A stretch of DNA of 64,000 nucleotides from Vulcanimicrobiota bacterium (GCA_963805945.1 CAWDVP010000002.1:64001-128000); one strand, 5' to 3'; numbered from the stretch's first letter, positions 49,575-61,069 are shown. The notes: a model not told the origin generated them from the sequence alone. Translations and numbers: made by a program.

Positions 49575-51204
49575 ATGAACGTCCGTGAGGCTCTCGGCGT
49601 CGAGTCGCTGCACGCGGCCAAGGTGGTCGCCGGCGCGAGCGGGCTCGAGCGCGAGGTGCGCTGGGCGCACGTCATCGACATGCCCGATCCCGCGCCCTGG
49701 GTTCGGCCAGGCCAACTGCTGCTCACCACGGGCTTCGCCTGGCCGCAGGGCGAGCGCGAGCAGCGCGAGCAGATCGGCGCGCTCACCGAGCGCGGCCTCG
49801 CCGCGATGGCGCTTGCGGTGCCGCGCTACGTCGATCATTTCACCGCTGCCGCCATCGCGGAGGCCGACCTGCGCGGCCTGCCGTTGCTCGAGATCCCGTT
49901 CGAAGTGCCGTTCGCGCAGATCACGGAGGAACTGCATCGCGCCATTCTGGCCGAGCAGTACCGCGTCATCGAGCGCTCGGAAGCGATCCATCGCGAGCTG
50001 ACGCGTGCCGCGACGACAGGGACGGACCTGGGTGATCTTGCGCGCACGCTCGGCGGGCTCATCGGGCGCGCGATCACCTTCGAGGATCCGAACCGGCAAA
50101 CTGCTCGCCTCGTATGAGGCCGGCTCGCACGGCGACGCCATCAGGCGCGAGACGTTGGAGCATCAGCAGTCCCCTGCCCATATGCTCGATGCGCTCGAGT
50201 CGAGCGGCCTGCTCGCGCGTATCCGCGCGAGTTCGGGACCGCTTCGCGTGCCCTCGACGCCTGAGCTCGGCCTCGTGAGCGCGCGCGTCGTGTGTCCGAT
50301 CCGCATCGGCACGGAACTCGTGGGCTTGGTCTGGATCATCGAGGGAGAAAGCGCGCTCTCAGAGCTGGACAATCGCGCCGCGGAGCAGGCCGCGCTCATC
50401 GCCGCGCTGCACATCGCCCATCAGCGCGAACTCGCGGGCATGGAATCGCGCTTGGGCTACGCGTCGTTCCTTTCGCTCTTGGAGGCGGAGACCGACGACG
50501 CGCAGGCGGTCGAGCGAGCCCGGTTGCTGGGATTCGACCCGGACGGACGGCATCGCGTGGGCATCGCGGTGATCCCCGAGCCGCTGCCGTTGAGCCGCGA
50601 CGCCTTCTTGCGGCGCGAGCGCGTTGGCGCCATGCTGCGTGCCCGCCTCGAAGCGGCCGGCGCTCGCCCGCTTCTCACCGCACAGCTCAATCACGTCGCT
50701 TTTCTCGTGCCCGACGGCATCCCGCTCGCCGGCGTCGTGCACGGCCTCGGTGAGGAAGGCGTCGGCGTCGTCCTCGGGCGCGCCTATCGCGGCACGCACG
50801 GGGCGCGGCGCAGCTATCGCGAGGCGCAGTCGCTGCTCAACTATCGCAAAGACGCGGCGATCCTCACCTTTGAGGAGGCGCTCGTGCCGCGCGTGCTGAT
50901 GGGCGATGCGAGCGCCCGCGATTCTTTCATCGACGAGCTTTTCGGTTCGCTCAAGGCGCGCAAGGGCGGCGCGACGTTGCGTGAGGCCTTGCTCGCGCTC
51001 GCGCGGACGGGTTTCAACTTCAAGGAGACCGCGGTCCAGCTCACGATCCACCCGAACACGCTGCGCTATCGTCTCACCAACGCCGCAGAGACGACGCATC
51101 TCGACCTCGAAGATCCTGAGGTTCGCTTCCGGCTACAACTCGCGGTTCGGCTTTTGGAGTTTCCTGATAAGAATGAGAAGGAAAATTGTGGCGCGCAGAC
51201 ATAG
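49575..51204 (+). CDS. PucR-family transcriptional regulator with apparent +1 frameshift at ~50092
   Basis: PucR N-domain (VVAG..GL.REVRW.H...QLLLTTG), GAF-like middle, C-terminal HTH (A.QL.IHPNTLRYRL). Frames join at CCG AAC C GGC AAA. Confidence 0.85.
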
Positions 51205-51272
51205 TCGAGGGGTCAGTTTCTTAGTAAACTCTTAAGCAACACCGTGCCGTGACTTCGGTCAGGAGTTTTCGC

Positions 51273-54200
51273 ATGCCGTTTCAAAGCAGAGCGGTCGCAT
51301 TCGTAGCGGCCGTTTGTCTTTTCGCCATGGCATCGCCGGGCTTCACCGGGACCACCGGCGGTGTTCAGGGCAGGGCGCTCGAGGCGACGACGAACGCGCC
51401 GATCGCCGGGGCGTCGATCACCGCGACATCTCCTTCGCAGGTGGCGACCGTCGTCACCGACAGCGACGGGGCACTTCAGCTTCCTCTCGCTCGCGCCTGA
51501 CACGTATACCGTGACCGCCTCGAAGACCGGCTACAGTACCGTCAGCGTGCCGGGCGTCACCGTGATCTCCGATCAGGTCCGCACGGTCGACATCGTGCTG
51601 CAGACAGGCGGTGAAGACGATCGGCAGCGTGACCGTGACCGGCGGCCAATCGCTCGTGCGCCCCGGGACGACGAGTCGACGTCTACTCGATCAACGCGGC
51701 CGGCCAAAAGGCGGCCCAGGCGCTCGGCGGCGCGGGCAGTCTGAATCAGGCATATGGCGCGGTCGCGAGTCGCCCGGCGTCGTGTACACGCAAGGGCCAG
51801 CAAGGCTGGAATCAGAGCGTCTATATCCGCGGCGGCGACAACGACCAGGTCGCGTACGAACTCGACGGCATCCCGGTGATGCGCGTCTCCGATAGCGCTC
51901 CGGGGTCTCGACGCTAACCGAATCTCGGCCAAGCAGAGGTCCAGGTCTACACGGGCGGCACGCCCGCCTCGGCGGAGGCCTCCGGCCTCGCCGGCTACAT
52001 CAACCAGGTCATCCGGACCGGCACGTATCCCGGGCTTCGGCGAGATCTCCTCGGGCATCGGCAATCCCGACGCTGTCAACAAGATGGCGACTCGCAGTAC
52101 GGCGGCGCCTCGCCGGACCGCCGTTTCAGCTACTACATCGGCTTCGGCCAACTCGGCGCAAGACTTCCGCTACGGCAACCAGACAACGCTGTGGGCAATC
52201 CGCTCTTCTTCTATCCGCTTGGTCGATCCGTCGCGCCGCTCAAGGCACGTCTACGACGGCAACACCAACGGCGGCGCCAATCCGGCGATCTTCGCGCCGG
52301 GCGCAGAGCTACGCCAGCACGCACACCACCGATCGAGAAATATCGGCAACTTCCACTACGCGCCTGCCGCACGGCGACCGGGTCTGCAAGACGACGTGCA
52401 GCTCGCGTACGTCTACAGCAACGTGCTGCAGAAGTTCTACAGCTCGACAACGATCTCGGCCTCAAAGCGCCTCGGTCACGGTCTCGCTGCCTACTGGCGA
52501 CCGCGCCGATGACATTTCTCGACATCCCCGTCTACACCGGCCCGATGTACCAGGCGCCCGATCCCACGCAGCGTCGACGACCATGCTGTTCCCCAATACG
52601 GGGACGAGCCGCCCTGTAACGCGCCGATCCCCTACACGGCAGCGCGAGGGCTCGCAGAACGGTATGGCGCTCATCAAGCTCCAGTACCAGCACAACATCA
52701 ACTCCAAGTCGTACTTCCGCATACTCGGCGCCTCGAACTACAATTGGTGGTTCATCACCGGGCCGGTCAGCGCAGACCTCACGTATGGCGCGCAGCTGCC
52801 CGATTACGAGGTGATCGGCCACAACTGGAGCGGCACCGCGGTCTATGCGCGCCAGCTAAGCGACAAGAATCTGATCAACGCCACCGCCTCGTATATGACC
52901 GGCAAACTGCAGACCTATTCGATGGGTTTCTTCGACGGTTTCATGACCAACCTGGTGGGCAACAACGGCCTGTGCTATGACGGCTCGACCGGTAACCAGT
53001 GTGAGCTGCTACGACACCTCGAACCCGAACTCGCGCGGCACCGCCTCGAACCTGACGCCAGCCATGCCGCCGCCCGGCTCGCCGGCCGCTCTCGCCGGCG
53101 CGCAATGGCTCATAACGGAGAACGGCCAGAACGCGCAGGTCGACAACGTGGTCCCGAATTTCTAGCGGCGTGTCGCTGACCGACCAGTGGCGGCCGAACG
53201 ACAAGACTCGTTGTGAGCGCCGGCTTGCGCATCGAGAGCTTCCAATACACGCTGCAAGACCTCTGCAGAACTATCCAGCGCGCGCCTTCTGGTTCAAGGC
53301 CTACAACAACGAGTTCTGCTTCGGCCCTGGTCAGCCGGCTGCGGTGTCGCGGGCTTCGATCCGGTAGCCGGCGTCTTCAACCCTTGTCCGGCGGGCACGA
53401 GCGCGACCAACCTCGTCAATTATACCGGCGGCAAGGTGAACGACACGGCCTGGCAGCCGCGCATCGCGTTCACCGAACAGATGGGCAGGGACACGGTCAT
53501 GCGGGGCTCCTACGGGCGCTACGCCCGGCCGGCGCCTACCTCGTATCTGGAGTTCAACACCGTCCAGCAGAACCTGCCCGCCTTCATCTCGTCGTTCCTG
53601 AGCTTCGGCTACAACTCGCCCTTCCACGAAACGCATGCGGACGTCGCGAATAACTACGATATCTCGATCGAGCATCATTTCCCCGGCACCGATATGGCGG
53701 TCAAGTTCACACCGTACCTGCGCAACACGCAGAACCAGATCCAGTATCTCTCGCTCAACGCGCAAGGCGTGGTGGACGGCCTCAACGTCGGGCAGCAGAC
53801 CTCACAAGGCTTCGAGTTCGCGTTCACCAAGGGCAACTTCGCCAGGGACGGCATCGCGCTGCAGTGGGCCGTCACCACCACGAACAGCAAGATCAAGTAC
53901 GGCGACTTCCCCAACGGACGCAACCTCGTCGACCTGCTCAACGATAACGTCCAGCTGTACAACTCGTACACGTCGGCGTGCGCCACCGGCAGCGCGTCGC
54001 TGTGCGGTATCAGCGGCAACACCCACGCCATGCCGTTCTTCAACGCCGGCGCCATCGCGAATCCATATTACAACCTCGCGCCGCAGCCGCTGTTCGACCG
54101 CAACGGCTCGTATACGACCTACGACCAGATTCCGGCGCCGTTCAATAACGCGCTGGGCTTCGCCGTGCCGTTCCAGACGTCGCTTGTCGTGAACTACAAG

Positions 54201-54707
54201 CACGGCCCGTTCGCCGTCACGCCCTCGCTCACATACAGCTCGGGCGCGAGCTACGGTTCGCCGCTGGTGTGGCCGGGCTACGATCCTGCGTCATGCACCG
54301 GTGTCATCAGCGGCACGACCGCCGATCCGCAGACCTGCTCGAACTACATCTTCATCCCGGACAAGTACACCAATCAATTCGACAACCTCGGCGCGTTCAA
54401 AGAGCCGAGCCGGCTGACGGGCAACCTCTCGTTCTCGTACGACGTGAACCCGCACGTCAGCGCGACGCTCACCTTCGCCAATCTCGTCGACGCGTGCTAT
54501 CAGCGCGGCCATCCGTGGGATAGCTCAACGACGTGTATCTACGCACAGCTGCCGTCCAATCTGCTCGCGCCCGCAGGCAACTTCTCGAACAGCCCGCCGA
54601 TTCAGCTCGCATATCCGTACGGCAGTTGGTACAACAACATCGAGATCGGGCAAGAAGGCCAGAAGGCGCCGCCGCAGGCCGTACTCGAAATCCACATCAA
54701 GATCTGA
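51273..54707 (+). pseudogene. TonB-dependent receptor with carboxypeptidase-regulatory N-domain; more than 10 frameshifts in 51470-53430
   Basis: AGGAG RBS. Fragments GTTGG, FSFLSLAPDTYTVTA, VYIRGG, YELDGIPV, VQVYTGG, GYINQVI, QPRI and GSYGRY alternate between frames; the last 423 codons are intact. Confidence 0.8.
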
Positions 54708-54717
54708 CGCCGCACCC

Positions 54718-56316
54718 ATGGCCCGCGCCGAACTGACCGGCCTGCTGCGCCGGATCCACGCCGCCTATCGTGAGGCGCAGGCGGCGGGTCTGCCGGTGGA
54801 CGTGGTGTTCGAACGCGATGCGCAGCGCCTCTCGCGGCGGCGCTTCTTGCGCCAGGCCGCTGGAGCCGGCGCTGCGCTCGCCGCCGGCGCTGTGTGGCCG
54901 CTGCGGGCGGCCGACAAGACCTCACCGCGCATCGCGATCGTCGGCGGCGGACTCGCCGGCGTGGTCTGCGCATACCGGCTCATGCAGGCGGGGTTGCCGA
55001 GCACCATCTACGAGGCGGGCGGCGGGCTCGGCGGCCGCACCTGGACGCTGCGCGGTTTCTTCGACGAGGGGCAGATCGCCGAGAACGGCGGCGAGTTCAT
55101 CTCGAGCGAGCACGTCGCGACGCGCGCGCTCGCGCGCGAGCTCGATCTTCCACTCGACGACCTCCGCGCGTGGGACAAACAGGCGCATCCCGGCGCCGAA
55201 GACGTCTACTACATGCACGGCCAGCGTTACCCGATCGCGGAGATGCTGCGCGATTACGCATCGGTCTATCCGGCGTTGGAAAAGGCGAACGCGGCCGCCG
55301 GCACCACGACCTATGACCACCACACGCCGGCGGGCTTCGCGCTCGATCATATGTCGGCGCGGGAGTGGATCGTGCGCAACGTGCCGGGCGGCATCCAGTC
55401 GAAGATCGGCTGGCTGCTCGACATCGATACGACGACCGAGAACGGCGGCGACTCCACCCAGCAGAACGCGCTGACGCTCACCAACATGCTCGTCTTCATG
55501 CCGGACTACTACAAGACCAGCCAGTTCTATCTGGTGGGGACGGACGAACGCTATCGCGTGCACGGGGGCAACGATCAGATCGTCGGCCGCATGGCGGCGA
55601 AGCTGCCGCCGAGCGCGCAGCTCGACACGCGCCTGCAGGCGCTGAGCCGCCGCAGCGACGGTTCGTATGCATGCACGTTTTCGGCGCAGCAGCACACATT
55701 TGAGGTGGTCGCCGATCACGTCGTGCTCGCGCTGCCGTTCAAGACGCTGCGTGACTGCGAATTGTCTCAGGCCGGATTCTCCTCTGTGAAGATGAAGGCC
55801 ATCACGGAGCTGCCGATGGGCACGAACACGAAGATGCACGTGCAGCTCAAGCAGCGCGTCTGGTTCGCGCACAGCTCGAACGGCGCGACGTACAGCGACA
55901 CCGGCTACCAGCAGACCTGGGAGGACACGCGCGATCAGCCGGGGACCGCCGGCGTGCTCGTGAACTACACAGGCGGCATCGTCGGCGCGTCATGGAACAC
56001 GCCGTCGTTTGCGCCGGCGCCGCCGGCCTTGGTCCACGCGTTTCTGTCGCAGCTCGAAGCGCTGTATCCCGGCGTCGGCGCACAGTGGAACGGCAAAGCG
56101 TTCGTCGACAACTGGACGAAAGACCGCTGGCACCGCGGTTCGTACTCGTATTGGGGCCTCGGGAACTGCACTTCGTTCGTCGGCATCGAACAGGTACCGC
56201 AGGGCAACGTGCACTTCTGCGGCGAGCACACCTCGCGCGATTTCCAAGGCTTCATGAACGGCGCGGTGGAGACGGGCGAGCAGGCAGCGCGGGAGATCAT
56301 CCACGATGCCGTTTGA
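54718..56316 (+). CDS. Flavin-containing amine oxidase with twin-arginine signal
   Basis: SRRRFL followed by a hydrophobic stretch; IAIVGGGLAG, GGRT, GGEFI, GSYS, FCGEHTS..FQGFMNGAVETG. Confidence 0.9.
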   Translation: MARAELTGLLRRIHAAYREAQAAGLPVDVVFERDAQRLSRRRFLRQAAGAGAALAAGAVWPLRAADKTSPRIAIVGGGLAGVVCAYRLMQAGLPSTIYEAGGGLGGRTWTLRGFFDEGQIAENGGEFISSEHVATRALARELDLPLDDLRAWDKQAHPGAEDVYYMHGQRYPIAEMLRDYASVYPALEKANAAAGTTTYDHHTPAGFALDHMSAREWIVRNVPGGIQSKIGWLLDIDTTTENGGDSTQQNALTLTNMLVFMPDYYKTSQFYLVGTDERYRVHGGNDQIVGRMAAKLPPSAQLDTRLQALSRRSDGSYACTFSAQQHTFEVVADHVVLALPFKTLRDCELSQAGFSSVKMKAITELPMGTNTKMHVQLKQRVWFAHSSNGATYSDTGYQQTWEDTRDQPGTAGVLVNYTGGIVGASWNTPSFAPAPPALVHAFLSQLEALYPGVGAQWNGKAFVDNWTKDRWHRGSYSYWGLGNCTSFVGIEQVPQGNVHFCGEHTSRDFQGFMNGAVETGEQAAREIIHDAV

Positions 56317-57724
56317 GATGCCGGCGCTCTCGACCGGGTCGGGGCTGCGCCGCAACTATCTCGGCTTCTGGCATATCGCGGCGCAGTCGGTGGCGAACAT
56401 CGCGCCGTCTGCGACGCCCGCGCTCGTCGTCGCGCTCATCTTCGGCCTCACCGGCAACGGCTCGTGGCTCGCCTATGCGATCGCGACGCTCACGCTGCTG
56501 CTCGTCGCGCTCAACGTGAACCAGTTCGCGCGGCGTTCGGCTTCGCCGGGCTCGCTCTACACGTTCGTGGCGCAAGGGCTCGGCCCGATGTGGGGCGTCA
56601 TCTCGGGCTGGTCGATGGTGATCGCGTATCTCATCATCGGTGGATCCGTGCTGGCCGGGCTCGCGAACTACGCCACGGTGATCGCCCACGCGGTGATCGG
56701 CCCGAACTTCGACGCGTCGCTCACCATCGTCATGATGACGCTGGCGGCGGTCGCGGCATGGTACGTCGCGTACCGCGACGTCAAGCTTTCGACGCAGTTC
56801 ATGCTCGCCATCGAGTTCCTGTCGATCACGCTAATCATGCTGCTCGCGTTCATCTATCTGGTGAAACGCGGCACGCTTATGGACCCGGAGCAGCTCACGC
56901 TCTCAGGCGTCACGGCGGGCAGCTTGGGCAAAGCGCTGGTGCTCGCGATCTTCAGCTATGTCGGCTTCGAGAGCGCGACCGCGCTCGGGCATGAGGCCAA
57001 ATACCCGCTGCACTCGATCCCCCGTTCGGTGCTGTTCACCGTCATCGCTGTCGGCGCGTACTTCGTCTTCACGTCGTACATCCTGGTGATGGCGTTTCAC
57101 GGGCAGACGCCGCCGCTCGACCAGTCCAACGCGCCCTTGAGCGTGCTGGCCGGCCTCGCGGGCATCCCGTTCTTCGGATTGCTCATCGCGATCGGCGTCG
57201 CCATTGGCTTCTTCGCCTGCGCGCTCGCCTGCATCACCGCCGGTTCGCGCGTGCTCTTCGCCATGTCGCGGCACGGGCTGCTGCACTCGGCGATGGCCGA
57301 CGCCCACGAGACCCACGCGACGCCGCACATCGCGGTTACCATCGCCGCCATCGTCGTGCTCGCCGCGCCGCTGGCGCTCTTCGGGGCGCACTTCGCGCTG
57401 CTCGACATCTTCGGCGATCTGGGCACGCTCGGCACGCTGAGCGTCCTGTTCTCCTACGTGCTGGTGAGCGTCGCTGCGCCCGTCTATCTGAAGAAGCGCG
57501 GCGAGCTGACGGCCTACGCCGTCGTGATCGCCGCACTTGCGGTCGTCGCGATGGTCGTCGCCATCATCGGCAACGTCTACCCGGTGCCGCCGCCGCCGCA
57601 GAACCTCATCCCCTATGTGTTCATCGTGCTGCTCGGGATCGGCGTCGCGCGCTTCCTCTATCTGCGGGCGCGCCGCCCTGCCATGATCGAAGAGATCGAG
57701 GCCGACCTACTCGCGGAGGGCTGA
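56306..57724 (+). CDS. APC-family permease
   Basis: QSVANIAP, GSLYTF, FSYVGFESA..LG.EA, SRVLFAMSR.GLL. Confidence 0.9.
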   Translation: MPFEMPALSTGSGLRRNYLGFWHIAAQSVANIAPSATPALVVALIFGLTGNGSWLAYAIATLTLLLVALNVNQFARRSASPGSLYTFVAQGLGPMWGVISGWSMVIAYLIIGGSVLAGLANYATVIAHAVIGPNFDASLTIVMMTLAAVAAWYVAYRDVKLSTQFMLAIEFLSITLIMLLAFIYLVKRGTLMDPEQLTLSGVTAGSLGKALVLAIFSYVGFESATALGHEAKYPLHSIPRSVLFTVIAVGAYFVFTSYILVMAFHGQTPPLDQSNAPLSVLAGLAGIPFFGLLIAIGVAIGFFACALACITAGSRVLFAMSRHGLLHSAMADAHETHATPHIAVTIAAIVVLAAPLALFGAHFALLDIFGDLGTLGTLSVLFSYVLVSVAAPVYLKKRGELTAYAVVIAALAVVAMVVAIIGNVYPVPPPPQNLIPYVFIVLLGIGVARFLYLRARRPAMIEEIEADLLAEG

Positions 57725-57853
57725 TTGCTGCCGCTCGAAGTACTGAACACGATCGCGACTTGTGAATTCCGCAACATGATCCGCCAAGGTCTTACCGATC
57801 GGGCGCTCTTCATCGAGCAGTTCGGCATTCATGGGCGAGGCGTAGTTTCGAGT

Positions 57854-57883
57854 CCCTTACAATGAGGGGTCACAGGTTCGAGT
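57854..57883 (+). other. Degenerate tRNA-Val(TAC) anticodon/T-arm fragment
   Basis: CCCTTACAATGAGGGGTCACAGGTTCGAGT resembles CCCTTACAAGGAGGGGG..GGTTCGAG of the tRNA-Val gene. Confidence 0.5.
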
Positions 57884-57970
57884 GCATCGACGATCCTCAG
57901 AGCAACATGCTAGGCGAGAAACAAAAGTTCCACATGGTTGGGGCGTGGAGCTCTTGTTAGTGTTGGACGC

Positions 57971-59098
57971 TCATGGGAGGCCGAAGGCCTTCGTATACGA
58001 CACCAATTTGTCGTGACGGAAAGTTACGGTGAACGCATCCATTAGAGCATCCTTATAATGCCAGGTCGTCTGATGATCTAGTATCGCCTTTTCGGCAAAT
58101 TCATTAGGGTATCCAAGTCGCCATGCCACTTCGTCACGTGACATCCCGAGCGTGATGCGTCCGTATCCGACATTGTTCGGCATCGGAGGTGGCGACCCGG
58201 TACTAATCGTCCCGTCGATTTGCCAATCTGCAAGCTGGATCGATGGGCAGGGCCTCATGCCCCCCTCAATACTTGACCCGCCCTCGCTAGCTGCGCCGAC
58301 CGAAGGCAAGTCGACAATGAACCGCACCGGGTCATTTGCGAAAAAATGCGGTGCTGCATCATTTCCCCAATGCGTTGTCGCTCCGGTCCACAACTCTGCC
58401 ACCCGTTCTCGATCGCGTTCGACCGCCCTCACTCGGACCGGCGTCGTAGCGTAATAGGCCTTGAACCGTGCCGGCGCGCACTCGATCGAAATGCCGCCAT
58501 ACCCAAAGACGCTTTTACCAACGAAACGGCTTCGGAGACTGGCTATTGCCGCATCGTTGTTGCTCTCATCTGGCCACCATATCAGAATCGTCTTAAGCAC
58601 TTCTTGATTACCTAACTCCAACGCCCCCCCGTCTTCGGTCCTGCCGAAGTCTTTGGCAGCGTGTAATTGCACGTCATACATGCCCGGCGGGCCAGGAGGC
58701 CGGGGGAAAGTGACTTCCATCCGAAACTCCTTGGGGCGCTGATCCGGGGGCGCTCCCAAACCTATCAGAGGTACCATCTCAGGAGTCGAGATCGTAGCGA
58801 CGAGCGGATGGGCTCGGGATCCTGGTTTATCGTGTGGGAAAGCTGTGAAAGAGAGCCTTGTTGGGTTAATGGAATAGTTCTTGCCCACGCTGGAGGCGTG
58901 TAGTTCCAGCCCGCCAGCCCCGGTCCTGAAGTCGATTGTTACGTCTTGTGTGGCTGGGGCACTCGTTTGCGCTTGAACGGTTTGGAGATTGGAAGTCGCA
59001 ACGACGCTGGGCCGCGCCCCACACGCCAGAACGGCCAGCAAGAAAACACCCCCAACGCAGACCAATACCATCGCGCCGTATCTCTTACCTTCGGACAT
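57971..59098 (-). CDS. Putative lipoprotein with C-terminal BamE/SmpA-like domain
   Basis: Lipobox VLAC; ITLGMSRDEV...LG.P......W.Y.....VTF...KL; lower GC. Confidence 0.6.
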   Translation of the reverse strand: MSEGKRYGAMVLVCVGGVFLLAVLACGARPSVVATSNLQTVQAQTSAPATQDVTIDFRTGAGGLELHASSVGKNYSINPTRLSFTAFPHDKPGSRAHPLVATISTPEMVPLIGLGAPPDQRPKEFRMEVTFPRPPGPPGMYDVQLHAAKDFGRTEDGGALELGNQEVLKTILIWWPDESNNDAAIASLRSRFVGKSVFGYGGISIECAPARFKAYYATTPVRVRAVERDRERVAELWTGATTHWGNDAAPHFFANDPVRFIVDLPSVGAASEGGSSIEGGMRPCPSIQLADWQIDGTISTGSPPPMPNNVGYGRITLGMSRDEVAWRLGYPNEFAEKAILDHQTTWHYKDALMDAFTVTFRHDKLVSYTKAFGLP

Positions 59099-59132
59099 TG
59101 CCGTCTACTTGTAGACCAAACGACCCGTAGTC

Positions 59133-60758
59133 CTAGGGAAGATTTGGGTCGTTGAACTGTATCTTGGGCTCGTAGGGACTCCACACGTCGCTCGTCACCG
59201 TTTGGGGATCCTTACACAGAGGTGTTGGTGGCCCCCACGTTATGGTGTGCGTTGCGGACCCAGTCCACCTGGGGTAGGTTTGTTTGTAGACTCGATACGA
59301 TTTTACGTCGCTCCATGTAAACGTCCGATAAGTCTCTGGTCTACCGTGTAGGAGACATTTGCCAGTCGTGTCCTTGTACGTGTAGTCTGCGCAGTACCCG
59401 AGAGCATCCAAGGTGCATGGCAGCGGTGGGATGGGTTCCGCAAAGGCGCCAGCTTTGAGGGCTGCCGACGTGGATACCATGTCGATTCCATCCCAGGATT
59501 CATAGGGACCCAATCCCGGAATACCACTGATATAAGACGCCACGCAACACCCAGATGGGTAGGGCTGCGGACCGCCATAGTTCGTCGAAGGGTCGATCGG
59601 ATAATGCCCCGTGCAGAGGGTGGTCCCCGGAACGCAATCGGTTTCCCAATGGCCGTAAGCCGTTTGCATCCAATGGATCGCCGTGCCACCAGATGGGTTA
59701 ACTCCAAAATACGAGCCGTCGAGGTTGTAGCCTACGACATACTGCTCCGAAGACTGAGCAAGCGTGGTTACTCGACTTATCGAGCAGTTGGTACATGGAG
59801 TGTTCTCTCCCATGCCGGCGTCGTAACCTGGAGTAGAGCCGAACGGCGACGGATAAAACATCCAAGCCGCATTTTGAGGCGTAAATATCTGGCCCGCGCA
59901 GAATTGGTACTCGGGCACGCATGAGGGCGGAACAATGCCGATCTCCGTGAATGTCATCAGGCTATCCCAGGTTATGCCGGAAACGATTACCATGTCCGTG
60001 CCACAACTATAGTAGACGTTGGAGTTTGTCAAATGAGAGGTCAGGTTTCCGCCAGGACTCTGCGCTGCGTATGGTTGAATCGTCCCACTTGCGTTGAACT
60101 GCAACCCACCTTCGAACAAGGCCTGCGATCCACTGTTATTGACGCTGTTATTCGTTATCTCCATGTATAGATTGCCCTGATCGCCAGACGCAAAGTAGTA
60201 GCTTCCGCACTGTACGTTGACGAATGAGAAACCTGCGGTTGCTGCGCATTGTGATACCTGTCGGACGTAGGGTCCCCCCGTTCCTGGATCGGGCGGCGAG
60301 CAGGCGCTAGAGTAGTTTTGTGGCCTAATAGTAGCGGGCCGCCCAACACTTAATGGCTGCCGTCCACCAATCACTGGTACTGGTCGCGAAATGTCGTTCG
60401 GCGGCGTTTCCGCCGTCAGATGCATGTATCGCAGGATTGCCGGATTATTACTGAGCAGCCGGCCCGACGGAAACACATACACAAAATCGCCTCGTTGATT
60501 CGCGGGCATATATCCCATTATCTGGCGCGCCAGTTCCCGGTCGGCTCCCATGACGCCCGGGCCTATGTACGCGTCATAGTCGGAAGGGCTTAGCGCCATC
60601 CCCCGAGCGGCTGCAAAGACGTCGGGTATTTCGCGGCGAGAACCGCTTGCCTGGATGCCCCCAGAGGGCAGAGCGCCACCTGCGTGGCTGCAAGCAGACA
60701 ACGCGACAACTAGGAAAAAAGACTGCGTAAGAATCGCTAAACGCTTCATACGGTCCAT
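59133..60758 (-). CDS. Cys-rich putative lipoprotein
   Basis: Lipobox LSAC; many cysteines; lower GC; central GPY.R.VS...D.G.LY...EGGLQF segment. Confidence 0.65.
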   Translation of the reverse strand: MDRMKRLAILTQSFFLVVALSACSHAGGALPSGGIQASGSRREIPDVFAAARGMALSPSDYDAYIGPGVMGADRELARQIMGYMPANQRGDFVYVFPSGRLLSNNPAILRYMHLTAETPPNDISRPVPVIGGRQPLSVGRPATIRPQNYSSACSPPDPGTGGPYVRQVSQCAATAGFSFVNVQCGSYYFASGDQGNLYMEITNNSVNNSGSQALFEGGLQFNASGTIQPYAAQSPGGNLTSHLTNSNVYYSCGTDMVIVSGITWDSLMTFTEIGIVPPSCVPEYQFCAGQIFTPQNAAWMFYPSPFGSTPGYDAGMGENTPCTNCSISRVTTLAQSSEQYVVGYNLDGSYFGVNPSGGTAIHWMQTAYGHWETDCVPGTTLCTGHYPIDPSTNYGGPQPYPSGCCVASYISGIPGLGPYESWDGIDMVSTSAALKAGAFAEPIPPLPCTLDALGYCADYTYKDTTGKCLLHGRPETYRTFTWSDVKSYRVYKQTYPRWTGSATHTITWGPPTPLCKDPQTVTSDVWSPYEPKIQFNDPNLP

Positions 60759-60996
60759 CCCTCGGCGACATCGGTGTCAACGTCTGGTAAGCTGGTCATG
60801 CGAGGCGTTCGTTTCACGTACCCCAGGCCCTCCCAGCTTTGGTCTGAGCGGACGACGCGTCCCATCCGCCCCGTGCATAAGGCCGAACAGTGTCCGAACC
60901 TGTGACCGCGATGATGGCGCTCAATCTTCTGTGGCGCGCCGATCGGTACCGCTAACCATTTCCATATCAGAGACATTAGACGATGCCGTATGGGTT

Positions 60997-61069
60997 TGGG
61001 CGGAGAGGGGCTCGAACCCCCGGCCCCCTCCTTGTAAGGGAGATGCTCTACCAGCTGAGCTACCCGCCC
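60997..61069 (-). tRNA. tRNA-Val(TAC)
   Basis: GGGCGGGTAGCTCAGCTGGTAGAGC...CT TAC AA...GGTTCGAGCC...CCGCCCA; CCA not encoded. Confidence 0.95.

Noticed and set aside
50085..50117. Programmed frameshift in the PucR gene
   Set aside because: No slippery heptamer. A single extra base like the other indels in the window, so an error is more likely.
57725..57845. Short reading frame LLPLEVLNTIAT... after the permease
   Set aside because: Too short, with no clear start or RBS; at most a gene remnant at the islet border.
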